Assembly (NCBI GenBank): GCA_051294375.1
Contig: CM119268.1
Location: 19,872,417 to 19,935,828, forward strand
Origin: Paraspadella gotoi
Lineage: Eukaryota; Animalia; Chaetognatha
Direction: 5' to 3'
DNA length: 63,412 nt
In this document: positions 24,783 to 37,524 of the stretch, piece after piece
Position numbering within the stretch: the first letter of the stretch is position 1
Layout of the letters: every line of letters starts with the position of its first letter
Position numbers and translations under genes: made by a program
The notes under the pieces: generated by a model
Seen by the model: the letters and a program-made list of their open reading frames with translations, nothing else
Told to the model about the DNA's origin: nothing
Database searches by the model: none

Positions 24783-25721
24783 CTATCTCTCTCCCTCTTA
24801 ATCTTTTTCTACGCTCTTAAAGTTTTTCCTCGATTTAACTGTACCCTATACCCTATACCATCTTGGAAAATGAATAAGTCGTCAAATTTTAAAGTTAGTT
24901 AATTATATTATATTATTATTAATTGTATATTAAAATTTAAATATAACAGAAAAAATGGGTATCAATTAGAGATGAGCATCGTTCGAATCGAAGCTCCGAT
25001 CAAGATTCCTTTATATTTCACTTTTATTCAAAACTGCATAGTCAAGGCCAAAAAAAATTATGTCAATATGGGCAGATTTCCAAAGCTTGGCGTCTTGGAA
25101 AGCCAATGGAGGTAGAGCGCGATCGAAATTCCTATTTTATCATGCCCAAAAATGGTATTTAAATGGACTGGTCAGGCCATTTTTTCCCTATTCCAAGAAA
25201 ACCTCCTGGCTCTTGAGTAAAAATGACCAAATCATACATATTAGTACAGTTTCCGAAACCTTATTGTCTTCTCTACATGATGAAAAAAAGCAAAGTTAAA
25301 ATTCTTGCAATCTTAATTGCTTGATAAAGCAATCAAATGAACTTGTTTTTTAGGTGAAAACTGTATAGTCAAGCCTTCATTTTTTTCAATTTTGATCACA
25401 ATTGACAGAAACTGTATTGATTTTACTATTCAAATCAGGTAGAGCGCGGGCTTAATTCAAAAGCGTTTTCTCAATATAATGCAAAATTTAAAAAAAGTCC
25501 AATAAAAACTTATTTAAAAAAATCTTAAAAGTATAGTGATCTCGCCAGTTTTTACTATCAAAGAAAATTACTATAATCTAATTTGCATATTGCAGTAAAT
25601 CATAATTAAATGGAAATTCAAACAAAAAATATTTGAATCGATATGAAACAAAGATATGGACACACATTTCAACTTCCTCACTGCCTCACTAATAAAACTC
25701 GATAACTAGATAGTTAAAAGT

Positions 25722-26293
25722 CGAAAAAATGATGCAAGTTAAAAAAATTATGTAAGTTAAAAAAATTATGCAAGTATAAAAAATTATGCAAGTTGAAAAA
25801 ATTATGCAAGTTGAAAAAATTATGCAAGTTGAAAAAATTATGCAAGTTAAAAAAATTATGCAAGTTAAAAAAATTATACAAATTGAAAAAATTATGCTAG
25901 TTGAAAAAATTATGCAAGTTGAAAAAATTATGCAAATTGAAAAAAGTATGCAAGTTGAAAATATTATGCAAGTTGAAAAAATTATGCAAGTTAAAAAAAT
26001 TATACAAGTTGAAAAAATTATGCAAGTTAAAAAATAATGCAAGTTGCAAAAAATTATGCAAATTGAAAAAAATATGCGAGTTTAAAAAATTATGCAAGTT
26101 GAAAATATTATGCAAGTTAAGAAATTATGCAAGTTAAAAAATTATGCAAGTTAAAAAAATTATTGCAAGTTAAAAAATTATGCAAGTTAAAAAATTATGC
26201 AAGTTAAAAAATTATGCAAGTTAAAAAATTATGCAAGTTAAAAAATTATGCAAGTTGAAAAAATTATGCAAGTTGAAAAAAGTATGCAAGTTG
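25722..26293 (+). repeat. 17-18-bp minisatellite (GTTGAAAAAATTATGCAA)n
   Basis: Visible tandem units; source of the spurious MQVEKI ORFs. Confidence 0.9.
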
Positions 26294-26556
26294 GCAAGAT
26301 AAAAAGTGTGATGCCGACGACAACAACGACGACGACGACGTCACAAATCAGAATCAGAAGCAACAGCGACGGAGAAAAAGAGAGAGAGAGAGCAACATAT
26401 AATTTAAAGAAAAAGAGAGAAGCTGAACTCGTCCGGGAGCCTCGAGGTAGCGCGAGCTCCTCCCAATCCAAAGGACTCGGGTTCGCGCCCTGCTGATTAA
26501 AAAAGAAAAGCAAAAAAAACTTAATAAGAATTTTTTTTGTAAAAAAAAAAGGAGAT

Positions 26557-26621
<65 letters not shown>

Positions 26622-29600
26622 TGAGAAAGAGAGAGAGAGAGAGAGAGAGTTTTCCCACCAACGAGACGCATTATTAGGTCACTCTCGTTTATATCGGTTA
26701 TCCGTTGCCTCGCAACGGCGTCGTGAAATTGGGTCATGTTGATTTTTTTTATACACGTAACGCGTTATTAGGTCATGTTCCTCGACATTGTTTACTCGTT
26801 GCCCCGCAACGACCACGAAATCTAGGTCAAGTAATATTGTTATTGGGATTTTGTATTGAGATAAAATAATAAATGCGATAATAAAAGTTTTTAGAAGAAA
26901 AAAAAATAATCAGAATTTTTAAAAAAACGAACGATCACGCAAAGATCATACAGAGAGAGACAGACACACAGAGAGAGACAGAGAGAGACAAAGAGGAGTT
27001 CCTCCATAAATTTTTAAATTTGTCAGAACGTTTTTCTCTTTTTTCCATATTTTTTTGACACGCTAAACGTTTCTCTGATTACACAAAATTTCATGAAAAA
27101 AATAAAAAATTAATAGTACCAATAGTTAGTGTTATGTCTCGAATAGATGGAAAAAAAACCTCGTTTAAAATTCGATCGGGAAGTGGGGTAACTAAGGCTT
27201 ACCAATGGCATCCTCCACGCCAATCATTCTCTCAAATAATTTTTTTTATTTAATACATTTGAAAGGGAAAAAAGAAAATTCAGAATGCAGGTTGCAGAAA
27301 GGGTACAGATAATATGGACATACTGACATGATAATCATGACCTTTTATGTCTTGTGAAAGGGGGCAGTAAAGAAACCTAAAAAATTTGATCATTAAGTCA
27401 GTCAATGAACCCTTTCCAATGGGCTATTCCGCGAAATTTTTTTTCTTAATTTAAACGGTATAAGTAATAGAATTAAATTCCTTGTATAAAGGTTGTTATA
27501 TTTAAAAGAAAATTATCAATACAAATAAACACAATGATGTCTTGCTTTGTCAATATGTCACCAGCTATGTAATTTTTTTAAAATTTTATTATGATAAACA
27601 AGCAGCGTGTCAAGCTTTTTGTTTGCAGTTGAAGATAATGGAAAATGACAATTTTTTTTTCACAGACAAGAAGTAGATATTCCAGACTGTTTATATCAAT
27701 CTGAAAATATTTTTGTATTTATCATTTTTCATATTTAAAAAAACATTTTATTCCAGCTACTTCATAAATTTTTGCTTGTTTTTTACTTTAACTAAAAAAT
27801 ACAAGCAAATTTATAGAGTAGAGCTAATTTAATGGTAATCAAAATGTTAATTTAGTCTTTCCTTTTTCAAATTACAAAAGAAGCAAAAAAAATTTCACAT
27901 GCCTTTCATTGAAATTTTTAATGCCAAAAAACTGTTATACTTTTAACTCCGATTAAATAAAAGCTGTTGTAAAGATTTATGGATAAAAAATTTAATAAAA
28001 CTATTTCAGAGAGGTGTCCCATGATTAGGGCTTTAATTTAATACCTCACCCACTTTCCTACCTCCTTTTCTTCCAAAGTTATTCAAGAAAATAACTTTTT
28101 TTACCGTGGAGAACTAAGGATTTCAACTACGCAGTACAAATCTTTGTAAATAAAAATTTCGGCAAAGCGGGAGTATCTCAATTTATCCTATTGGTACAAT
28201 ACCTAAATTTTAAAATAAAACTTAAAGAAAAAATTTTCGTCCTCGAGAGAGCATATTCACTTTCAGGTTTACCTATCGTCTTACACATTAATGGATTTAT
28301 GCTGGAAGAAATCAGCAAAACGTTTCTCTTTTTTTTTAAATAGTTTGTACTAGTGCGTCAGAAATCTAAGAAGAAACTCGAAAATTTTATTCTGACAAAT
28401 TTTGCCTTTAAAGGCTGACGTTTATGACTATATCTCGGAAACCATTGTAGGAATTTAAAAACGGTGTTTTGCAAGTGAATATTGATATCATCCTCCAGGA
28501 CCGGCATAAAAATATATAAAAAAAATAACTAATATTGGCTCTCGAGTGAGGTATCTACAAAGAGAGAGACACACACAGAGAGACAGAAGAGAGACGGGAG
28601 AGAGAGAGAGACAGAGAGAGACCGCAAACCAATATTTAGAACGAGATAGAAATAAAATTATAATCCCTATTAACAAATATTATAGTTGACAATAACTCAG
28701 TTAACGACTATGATATTTTGATTTCCAAATATTTTTTTTACTTATCAAAAAAAAATTTATTTTCTCATTTTAATAATTTTTAACTTGAATGAAATTTTGA
28801 TGTGTTCTTTTTTAGGAAGAAAACCAGACCGAGAGTCAATTTTATATTTGCATATTTAATTAATTTATAAATAGTTAACAAAACTCAAATAATTATTATT
28901 TTAAAAAAAGATAAAAAGATTTAATATATACACTAAAAATATTTATACATTTAATAATAGTACAAATTATCAGAATAACAAAAAAGTTAATGTTTAATTG
29001 ACTATATCCTCTTTCTCGACTCCTATTTTAGATATAATTTGCTAAAAGTGGGCCGACCGCGTCAAAGTTACAGTAATTAATAAAAACACAAAAAAAATTA
29101 TTTTTTTAGAAAATGATACATACATACATACAGGTATCGCCTAACTGTCACATTAGCTGATGCACATGTGACATTGCATGTCATTTTAAGTTATTTTTTA
29201 CTTTATTTAAAATGTAAAACACGAAAATCTCGGATGTAAATTTGGATTTTGTATTAAAAAAAATGGCGATAATAAGAGTTTTTAAAAAGGAAAAATATAA
29301 TCTGAATTTTCAAAAAACATGAAACGATCACGCAAGAGATCTGACACGAGAGAGAGAGACAAGAAGAGGAGAGAGAGAGAGGAGAGAGAGAGAGAGGAGT
29401 GAGGAGAGAGAAAAGAAGCTGAACTGACCCGCCGCAGTGCCGGAACTCGTTTACTCGTCGCCGAGTGACGGTGGTGAAAAAAAAAGAGACTAAAAAATAA
29501 AAAAAAAAGAGATAGAGAGGAGGGAGGAGAAGAGAGAAAGATAGAGAGAGAAGAGAAGAGAGGAAGGAGAGAGAGAGCCGGAACTCGTTTGATCGTTTTG

Positions 29601-29648
29601 CTCGTCGTGGTGAAAAAAAAGTGACTAAAAAATGTTTTTTTTGTAAAA

Positions 29649-29700
<52 letters not shown>

Positions 29701-29701
29701 T

Positions 29702-29732
<31 letters not shown>

Positions 29733-29736
29733 GAGC

Positions 29737-29772
<36 letters not shown>

Positions 29773-30918
29773 GAGAGTGAGAGAGAGAGACAGAAAGTTT
29801 TCCGCCAACGATACGAAATATTAGGTCACTCTCGTTTATATGGGTTATCCGTTGCCTAGCAACGGCGACGTGATCTCGGTCAAGTTGATTTTTTTTATAC
29901 ACGTAACGTTTCCGTTGCCATCAAAACGCGTTATTAGGTCATGTTCCTCGACATAGTTGGTTGAAATGCAGGTCAAGTAAGATATTCTTAACATTTTCTC
30001 AAAAAAATCCATGAAAATCTCGGATGTAAATTTGGGATTTTGTATTGTGAAAAAAGCGCGGAATAAATTGCAATAATAAAAGTTTTAAGAAGGAAAAAAA
30101 TAATCAGAATTTTTTCAAAAAACGAACGATCAGGCATGAGATCGTACAGAGAGAGAGAGAGAGAAGAGAGACAAATATATATATTGAGGCGACTTACCAC
30201 CGGTCTCTCTCTCTTAACCCTTCCTCCCCTCTTTCTCCGTGCCGGTCTATTCAACACGGTCACTTTGCCCTAGCTTTGGCAATGACCTGAGATTGACCGG
30301 ACACAATAATAGGGCGAGGCCTCAATATATAATTTAAAGAAATAAAAGAAAGGCAAAAATATGTTACAATTGTTTACAATTAGGAATTTTTCAATTTTTT
30401 CCAATCGCAGCTTGTAAAAGATTTTATTTTTATTTGTATTAAAATTAAGATATAGCTTCTCATTAAAAAAATCATTTGAGTTCCCATTTTTATTAGAGAT
30501 TTAAAAAAAAAATTTTGAATTTCATCTTCAATATTATATACTGCAATATGTAAATTAGATTAAAGCATATAATGAGTACTATAATCTCATTTGCATATTG
30601 CAGTAAATCATAATGAAGTGGAAATTCAAACAAAAAATACTTAAATCCAAATGTAATGAGAAAATATCAAAGCTATTTAAAATGAGAAGCCATATCTAAA
30701 TTTTAACTTACTATGATTGCACACTTTTGTAAAACTTTATCATAATTCATAATAATTTTTATTTTAAAAAAAAACGTAAGTCACAGCCAAACCTATAAAA
30801 GCCGTAGTAGTTTTATATTAAAAAAACAGCGTGACGGACGCACGAACACGACGACGACGACTACATCACAAAGAAGCAATCCTAAAACATTATAAAGCCA
30901 GGACAACAAAAATCGTCG

Positions 30919-31554
30919 CACAGTGTTGCTTGTGAGTCCCAAATGCTAGAAAAATAAATTTTTAAATTTTTTATATTATTATATAATATGGTTGTACCAA
31001 TTTCATATAAAAATATTTATATAAATATAATTATAGTGTTAAAAATAATTTTTTTATTCAATCTGAGAAAAATAATACTATATATTAAAAAATATATATA
31101 TATATATAAAAATATATTTTATAATAAAATTAGCTAATTTTTTTAAACTGCAAGTTTTTTATTATGGTATGATTAAAAAATATAAAATTAAAATAAAATT
31201 TTAATTTTAATAAAATATAATAATCATATTAAATATAATAAAATGATAATAATAAATAAAACATAAATATTTTATTTTTTAATTTTATTTTTTTAATTAT
31301 AATTATTATTTTTATTATTATTATTATTATTTTATTATTATTATTATTTTATTATTATTATATAATCTGATAATAATATATATTTTATTATAAAATAATT
31401 TTATTTTATTTATTTAAAATTATAAAAAATATATTTTAATTATTTTAATGTTCAAATAAATTTAAAAAAAAAAATTATAATTAATATATAATAAAAAATT
31501 ATTTTTAACTGAATGGGATTTTTCTGAAAAATTCAGGCCCAGGATCTCACTGTG
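30919..31554. mobile_element. Transib-like MITE with RSS-like termini
   Basis: CACAGTG...CACTGTG termini; at both ends a 22-nt spacer then AGAAAAAT(A/C); flanks CGTCG / CGCCG. Confidence 0.7.
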
Positions 31555-31811
31555 CGCCGGTTCTAAAGCTTAGTACTACGCATAGTACTAATCTTTGTTG
31601 GATCAAAACGAGCTCGATTTTAAAGGAAAGTTGATCGGTTAGAAGAGCGATTTTTGCGATTGCTTTTTGGCGATTACTTTTGAACGGATTGTCGGATTAT
31701 GATGAAATTATGCATGTAGATAATGTTTGCAATTGTCTATCGAACGCTACCAAATTTGATATAAAACAATAAGTTGTTTAGAAACGATGCTCATCCCCAT
31801 ATCAATATGTA

Positions 31812-32496
31812 TAGGAGTCTATGTCGTTCTTCGAGATCGAGGAAGACTTTTTCAATGGAGATTTTCGTTCAAATCTGACTACCAAACAATATAAACGCTC
31901 CTGGTAATAATTCTGGTAAAATATCGATGTAAAAACACTTGATTCCGATCCTGTTGCATCTGAAGGGCTCGCATTTTTCTTTTCTTGTCAAATCATCAAC
32001 ATCTTGATTTCAAACAAACCAGAACAAATCGACTGCTTCTGGACGAAAAAATTTTCTATCTCTGATTTTATAAAGAAATAAAAGGGATTTTTTTCCTTGA
32101 AAACGATATAAACGTGACTGAGGTATGTTCCTGTTCAACAAATGAGGTCCAATTTTGGAATCCTTTGGCAAAGTGTTTGAAGGGCTCTCAAAATTTTTCT
32201 TTACATTTTATTTGGTTATTTTGATATGATACGATCATGGGAAAGTGAATTAGTCCATTTTGGTGAAATTTTTATTTAAAGTAAAAGTAAAAGAAGAGCT
32301 TACGATCGGAATTCTAAGAGTTTTCAACCGGGAATCAGATTCGGAAAAAATCTTCTATGGCGAAAATCTTCCAAAGAAGGGGTGGATTTTCCGAAGATTT
32401 TGGTTAATATTTTTTATATTTATGGTCGGATTTTTTTGGCCGGTATAAGAATATATTAAAAAAACCTCGGGCTTTGTTTGTCAGAGCTTAGTCCTA
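31812..32496 (-). mobile_element. Non-autonomous TIR element of the TAGGA family, inserted at the Tc1 stop codon
   Basis: TAGGA termini; flanks atatgta (31805-31811) / atatgtc (32497-32503); internal homology to 9640-10165. Confidence 0.65.
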
Positions 32497-33504
32497 ATAT
32501 GTCGTGTGACCTCCCTTGCTCTTCACAACTTCATTTATTCTGTTCGGCATTGACTCATAGAGCGACTGCAGGTATTCCAAGGAGAGGTTATCCCAAACTT
32601 TTTTGATAAGTCGTTTCATGGCTTGCAGAGATGTTGGACGTTCGTTTCTCAGTTGATTTTTCATCTCTGACCACACATTTTCGATCGGATTGAGATCCGG
32701 AGAGTTCCCAGGCCAGTCAGGTAGAAGTTTAACCTCATTTCGGCGATGCCACTCTTTTGTCTCCTTGGCTTGATGCAGAGGGGCGTTGTCTTCCATAAAA
32801 ACTCCACCTCGGACAAATTCCTTTATCTTCACTTCCTCCAGAATTTCTCTGTATTTGGCGCCATCAACGTGTCCCGAAATGAAGATTAACTTTGACTTGG
32901 CACGGGAAGAGATTGCACCGAACACCATGACCTTTGGTTGCTGCTTAACCGTCTGCAATATGCAATTAGGATGCAATGCTTCGCTGACGCGACGTCGAAC
33001 GTGTTGAATCCTCCCATTTTCTTTAGGTTGAAACCAGGATTCATTGCTGAACCAAACTCGGGACCAATGAGCAACTGACCAGTCTTGATGACTTTTCGCA
33101 AAAGATAATCTTTTTTGACGCATTGCTGCAGTTTTGAGTGGCTTTCGTCGTGGTTTTCTCTCCCGAATCCCTCGTTTCACCAAACGGTTGTTCACAGTTT
33201 TACGGCAAACCTTTACTCCAGATTTCGTCATCCACTTTTTTCGAAGGCTCACAGTTGAATCGAATCGGTTTTGTAGTGCCAAGTTCTCCAGTTGTCTATC
33301 CTGAGCCTTGGTTGTGGCCCGTCGCTTCCCGGAACCTATCTTTCTTTTAGTGTTGCCACCATCACGGTAAGACTTGACCAGCCGCTGCACACTTCGAAGA
33401 TTCACTCTTAGCTGCTTAGATATGGAAGTATTCTTGATACCCGCTTTGTGCAATTCAATTATAGATGCACGTTGATCACTTGTAAAATGCCAACGTTGAG
33501 TCAT
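32494..33504 (-). CDS. Tc1-like transposase, uninterrupted ORF, D-35-E spacing, first catalytic Asp replaced by Asn
   Basis: N-terminal HTH region; 'VWFSNESWF', 'FMEDNAPLH', 'WPGNSPDLNPIENVW', C-terminal 'SMPNRINEVVKSKGGHTTY'. Likely start is MTQRWHF. TIRs were not found. Confidence 0.9.
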   Translation of the reverse strand: MTQRWHFTSDQRASIIELHKAGIKNTSISKQLRVNLRSVQRLVKSYRDGGNTKRKIGSGKRRATTKAQDRQLENLALQNRFDSTVSLRKKWMTKSGVKVCRKTVNNRLVKRGIRERKPRRKPLKTAAMRQKRLSFAKSHQDWSVAHWSRVWFSNESWFQPKENGRIQHVRRRVSEALHPNCILQTVKQQPKVMVFGAISSRAKSKLIFISGHVDGAKYREILEEVKIKEFVRGGVFMEDNAPLHQAKETKEWHRRNEVKLLPDWPGNSPDLNPIENVWSEMKNQLRNERPTSLQAMKRLIKKVWDNLSLEYLQSLYESMPNRINEVVKSKGGHTTY

Positions 33505-36080
33505 AATAAAAAAATACAGTGTAAAATAAAAAAAATGAAGGAAAAAAATTATTAAAATCTGAAATACGCCAAACGCAAAAAGAAAGCAAATTTTTTTCAA
33601 TCTTCCTCTGCCCTGACGGCAATTTTAATCATAATCTAACATAAACCGGCTCCATTTGATCGAAAATCGCCAAGCTTTCTGGAAATATAATTGTTTTATT
33701 TTGATTATGTTAGGAAGGTGTTTAAAAATGATCGAGAAGTTTGGCGATTTATTCATTTTCCAAGATGGTACAAGTGCTCTTTTTCACCAGCTGTCACCCT
33801 CGAAATCTTTTTTCCTTCACTCTCTCTCCCTCTCTCTCTCTGCCGTTCCCCTTCCCTTTCCCTCTCTCATTTCGTCTCACTCTCCAAAGGATAAAGTTTG
33901 AATTTTCGCTGATTCTGTCTAAAATTGTAGCCGATGTAGAAGACGAAAATAGTAATAATAAAAGTGGGAAGAAGGTGAAGAATTGTGACGATGTAAGAGA
34001 AGTAGAAAAGAAGTGAGTCTAGCTCTCTCCTGATCCACTTTTATCATCGCCCGGACCAACTTGACCTTACGGTCGCCTCGGCCCTATTACTGTGTCCGGT
34101 CAATCTAAGGTCATTGCCAAAGGTAGGGCAAAGTGACCGTGTGGAATAGACCGGCTCGAAGAAAGAGGAGAGAGGAAGGGTTTAGAGAGAGAGACCGGAG
34201 GTAAGTCGCCTCACCGATGATCTTTAGCTCCTCGACGCTTACAAATATTTTGGTCATTTAAAAAAAAATGTTTTATTGTAAATCACCCCTGAAATTGTAC
34301 AATTTTTTTTCTTTTTTTTTTTTTCAATTTTATTTTGCGTCTATAGACGTTATATAGATATAACTTTTCCTTTCTACTAGGAGGATTTGTCTCTTACTTT
34401 CTCTACTATTAGCATTTTCCCTTCACTTTCTATGGAAATTTCCTCTTCTGTCTGCACCCACTAGATCTTCAATTGCATTGCTTTATGCAAAATAGCAAAT
34501 TTTTGCCTGTTTTAGTCTTAATAAATTAGATGGCTTCACAAATAAAAGAGCATTTTAAAATAAAAAATAAAAATCAATTTTAGTTTAAGTACATCGACCC
34601 GAGGTTCTAAACTTTTTTTCTGAAATAAAAGAACAGTCCCATTAAATTTTCTTTGTGTTTTCACCCTTTTCTACAAGAAAGCTTTTTGCAAGCCAAAAGA
34701 ACATTCAAAATAAATTTTATCTGCACCTGCTCTTTAACAAAGTAGCAATTGTTTTTTAAAATTTTTATTATCTTAAAACTTTTTTTGATATTTTTTAATA
34801 AATAATTTTTTTTTATTCAATTTTATTTTATTATATTTCTTATTCTATGTCTTGATCAAATAATTTTATTCATATATCATATATCAAAACTAAAATAATA
34901 TTGTTTAGATTTATAAATATTTTTGCAAGTACTAAAATGTTATTAGTGCCGCAGTAACAGTTCACTTTAAGCCCTTGAAAGTGATTTACATGTATTTACA
35001 TGTATTTACATGTATTTACATGTACTCATGCGTGAATCGCCGGCTACATCGCTATTTGAAGCAACTACAACTTAGGTTTTTTTTTTTTATTTTAGTTTTT
35101 CTTTAGTCAGCTTTAAAGGTGGCAGCAATTCTTAAACGGAGACTATTTCACGAATTCAAACCATCTATATTTACTTTTATTTGATTTACTTAGTATAGCT
35201 ACAACTAAGAAATAAACTAGAAGATGCACTTTGCTCGTCGTCGTTTTAAAAAGAAGCAGAAGAGAATAAATTTTAATCCATCTCTCTCTCTCCCTCTCTC
35301 TCTATCTCTCTCTCTCTCTCTCTCTAACGTCGTTGTTGACCGCGAATGCAACTCACGATTTTAATGCGTTTGTATCGATCTATATCTCTGTCTACGTCTA
35401 CGATCCATTCCTTTTATTATCTCGCCAGATTTTGCTACATTTTGTTTCGGGTCAGCTTCTTTGTCTCATCAATTCATGACACATCGCGTCTCTCTCTCTC
35501 TCTTTCTCTCTCTCTCTCACTCATACCCAGATTTTTTCATTAATTTTCTGGCGAGATCACTATACTTTTAAGATTTTTTTTCTCCATTTTTATTCTGATT
35601 TCTTTTTTTAACTTTTTCTTTCCTTCTTATTTTGTAATTTTTCATTATTGTAATTTTTCGTCTTCTTCAGCACTTACATTTTTGCTTTGATTCTTAGTTA
35701 CCAAGATAAAGTTTTTGAATTTTGCATTAAAAAAACGCATTCCTCAATATGCTTAGCCTTAATTCCCATCTATGACTTTACTTTTTTTAGGATACGTACA
35801 ACATTAGCAACGACTAGAAATAACTTGGAGTTTAGAGTTACAAGTTATTACATTTGAGGGATTGTTGGTATAAGGAGAAATATTTTTTAAACAAACCCTT
35901 TTTGGTCTTATTTTCCAAAAGTGACCCGTTTCAGCTTAAATGCAGAATTAAGAAAAAAATTTAAGTTTATTTAAATTTAGTTTGGGGATAAAGGTTATGT
36001 TAAAGATGAGAGTTACAGGTCAAGTTAGGCATTTGGTTAAATAGAGCAAATGATTAGCTTTACCACACAATTATACAGTA

Positions 36081-36769
36081 TACACTGCACAACTATTAAG
36101 TATTAGTGTTGGGGTTAGGTTAAGAATTAGGAATAAAGAATTAGGTTTAAGGTTAGGAGATAAAGTTTTGGATTTGTTTTACAGATTAGGGTTAAGGATT
36201 CGCTTATTTATTAAAATATTAGGAACAGAAACGAGGTGCTTTCGGAAAACAGTGCTACGTTTTTAACCCACAACTTCCCGTATCACTTCCTTTTTTCCTA
36301 ACTCCGTTCTAAACCAACCCATCTATTTTTTTATATCACCTCGTATAAATTATTAATCAAAATAAATAATTAAACGACAACGAAGTCACAGCCGCGCCCG
36401 AGTTGATTCCTGATTAATTTCCGTCCGCGATGTCGACTCGCGTGATTCATCGCCCGTCCATTATCCCCTCCCCCTACCTCCTCTTCCTCCTCTCCTCAGC
36501 CTCCACTTCCTTTTCCTCTTCACCTTCTACCCCTCTTCTTCCTCTCCTCCGCCTCCACCTCCTCTTCCTCTTCAACTCGTACCCATCTGTTTCCCCCTCT
36601 TCCTCATCGTCTTCACCAAATCAAGGCCAAGAGTCATTTTCTTAGTCACACGCCTCCTTTGGGTCTCCCCCCCTCACCCCCAACCCTACCCCCCTACCTC
36701 ACTCGACTCGACACCAAAGAAGAGAATTTAAGTTCCTTGAATAAGAATCGCGTGGCTCCACGCGTGTTA

Positions 36770-36834
<65 letters not shown>

Positions 36835-37438
36835 GTTCCTCCCCTATATCTCGGGGGGCGGCGTCTTGGTGGAACGCGCGCTTTCGGTCCACGCCACCAT
36901 CTGCCGCTGAATTTCATCTCCCCCCCGTGTTGTTAGGGAATCTGCAGTCATGCCAGAGTCGTTGATGACGAGAGGCGACGACGACGACGACGATAAATGC
37001 AATCGTGGGCCAGATGTCGAAAAGAGGAGAGACGAGGGGGAGAGAGAATGAAAAGCCGATCTCACTCTACGTATAACATGTTGGTGGCATGAGTGATGAA
37101 GACAGACGGATTATTGTTGCGGGAAGCAATGGGGATTGGGGACTGGCGGGCCACAATCTATTGAAATGTAAAATAGAGAGTTGTGTAAAATATATTTCGT
37201 TTGTCCGATGGTTACTTTATTCATTTATAAAAAAAAAAATCAAGTGTGACATTGCTCGATAAAACAATTAAGTCGTTTAAATATGACATATCCTAATCAT
37301 CGAAAATTCAGATTTTCCGGCTTTCTGATTGGCGGAGAATGGTCATGTGACCAAGTGTCAGTCTTTCCTTACTAAACAATTAAAGAAATTAAAAGCAAAA
37401 CAATATTTTTTTAAAGTTTTTTTTAAATGTGCAGTGTA
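36081..37438. mobile_element. Putative non-autonomous TIR element with 11-bp TIR and 7-bp TSD
   Basis: TACACTGCACA ... TGTGCAGTGTA, flanked by TACAGTA at 36074-36080 and 37439-37445. Confidence 0.55.
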
Positions 37439-37524
37439 TACAGTATTGAAGAGAAAAAAAGAATCAAAATCATTGCATGTACAAGTACATGAAAATAAGT
37501 ACAATTGATAAAGTATTTATACGC

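Larger units (their letters stand above)
30185..34213. repeat. ~135-bp inverted repeat pair (30185-30319 and 34076-34213)
   Basis: TGAGGCGACTTACC...CCGGTCTATTC...GGTCACTTTGCCCTA...GACCGGACACA versus its reverse complement. Confidence 0.75.

Noticed and set aside
25689-26293. Repeat proteins (MQVEKI / TCIIFS ORFs) or a CRISPR-like array
   Set aside because: Pure minisatellite with no unique spacers; eukaryotic context and no cas genes.
31812-32497. Helitron 3' end (CTRR plus hairpin)
   Set aside because: Both copies show TAGGA/TCCTA termini and near-perfect 7-bp TSDs, favouring a TIR element.
34050-34095. Twister-like UAA-UAGG-GC-CGAGG on the minus strand of the inverted repeat
   Set aside because: The following loop lacks U-NNN-AAGC, and no P2/T1 partner was found.
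36110-36200. Telomeric TTAGG(G) repeats (also 41105-41195)
   Set aside because: Few, degenerate and interspersed; more likely TE subterminal motifs.
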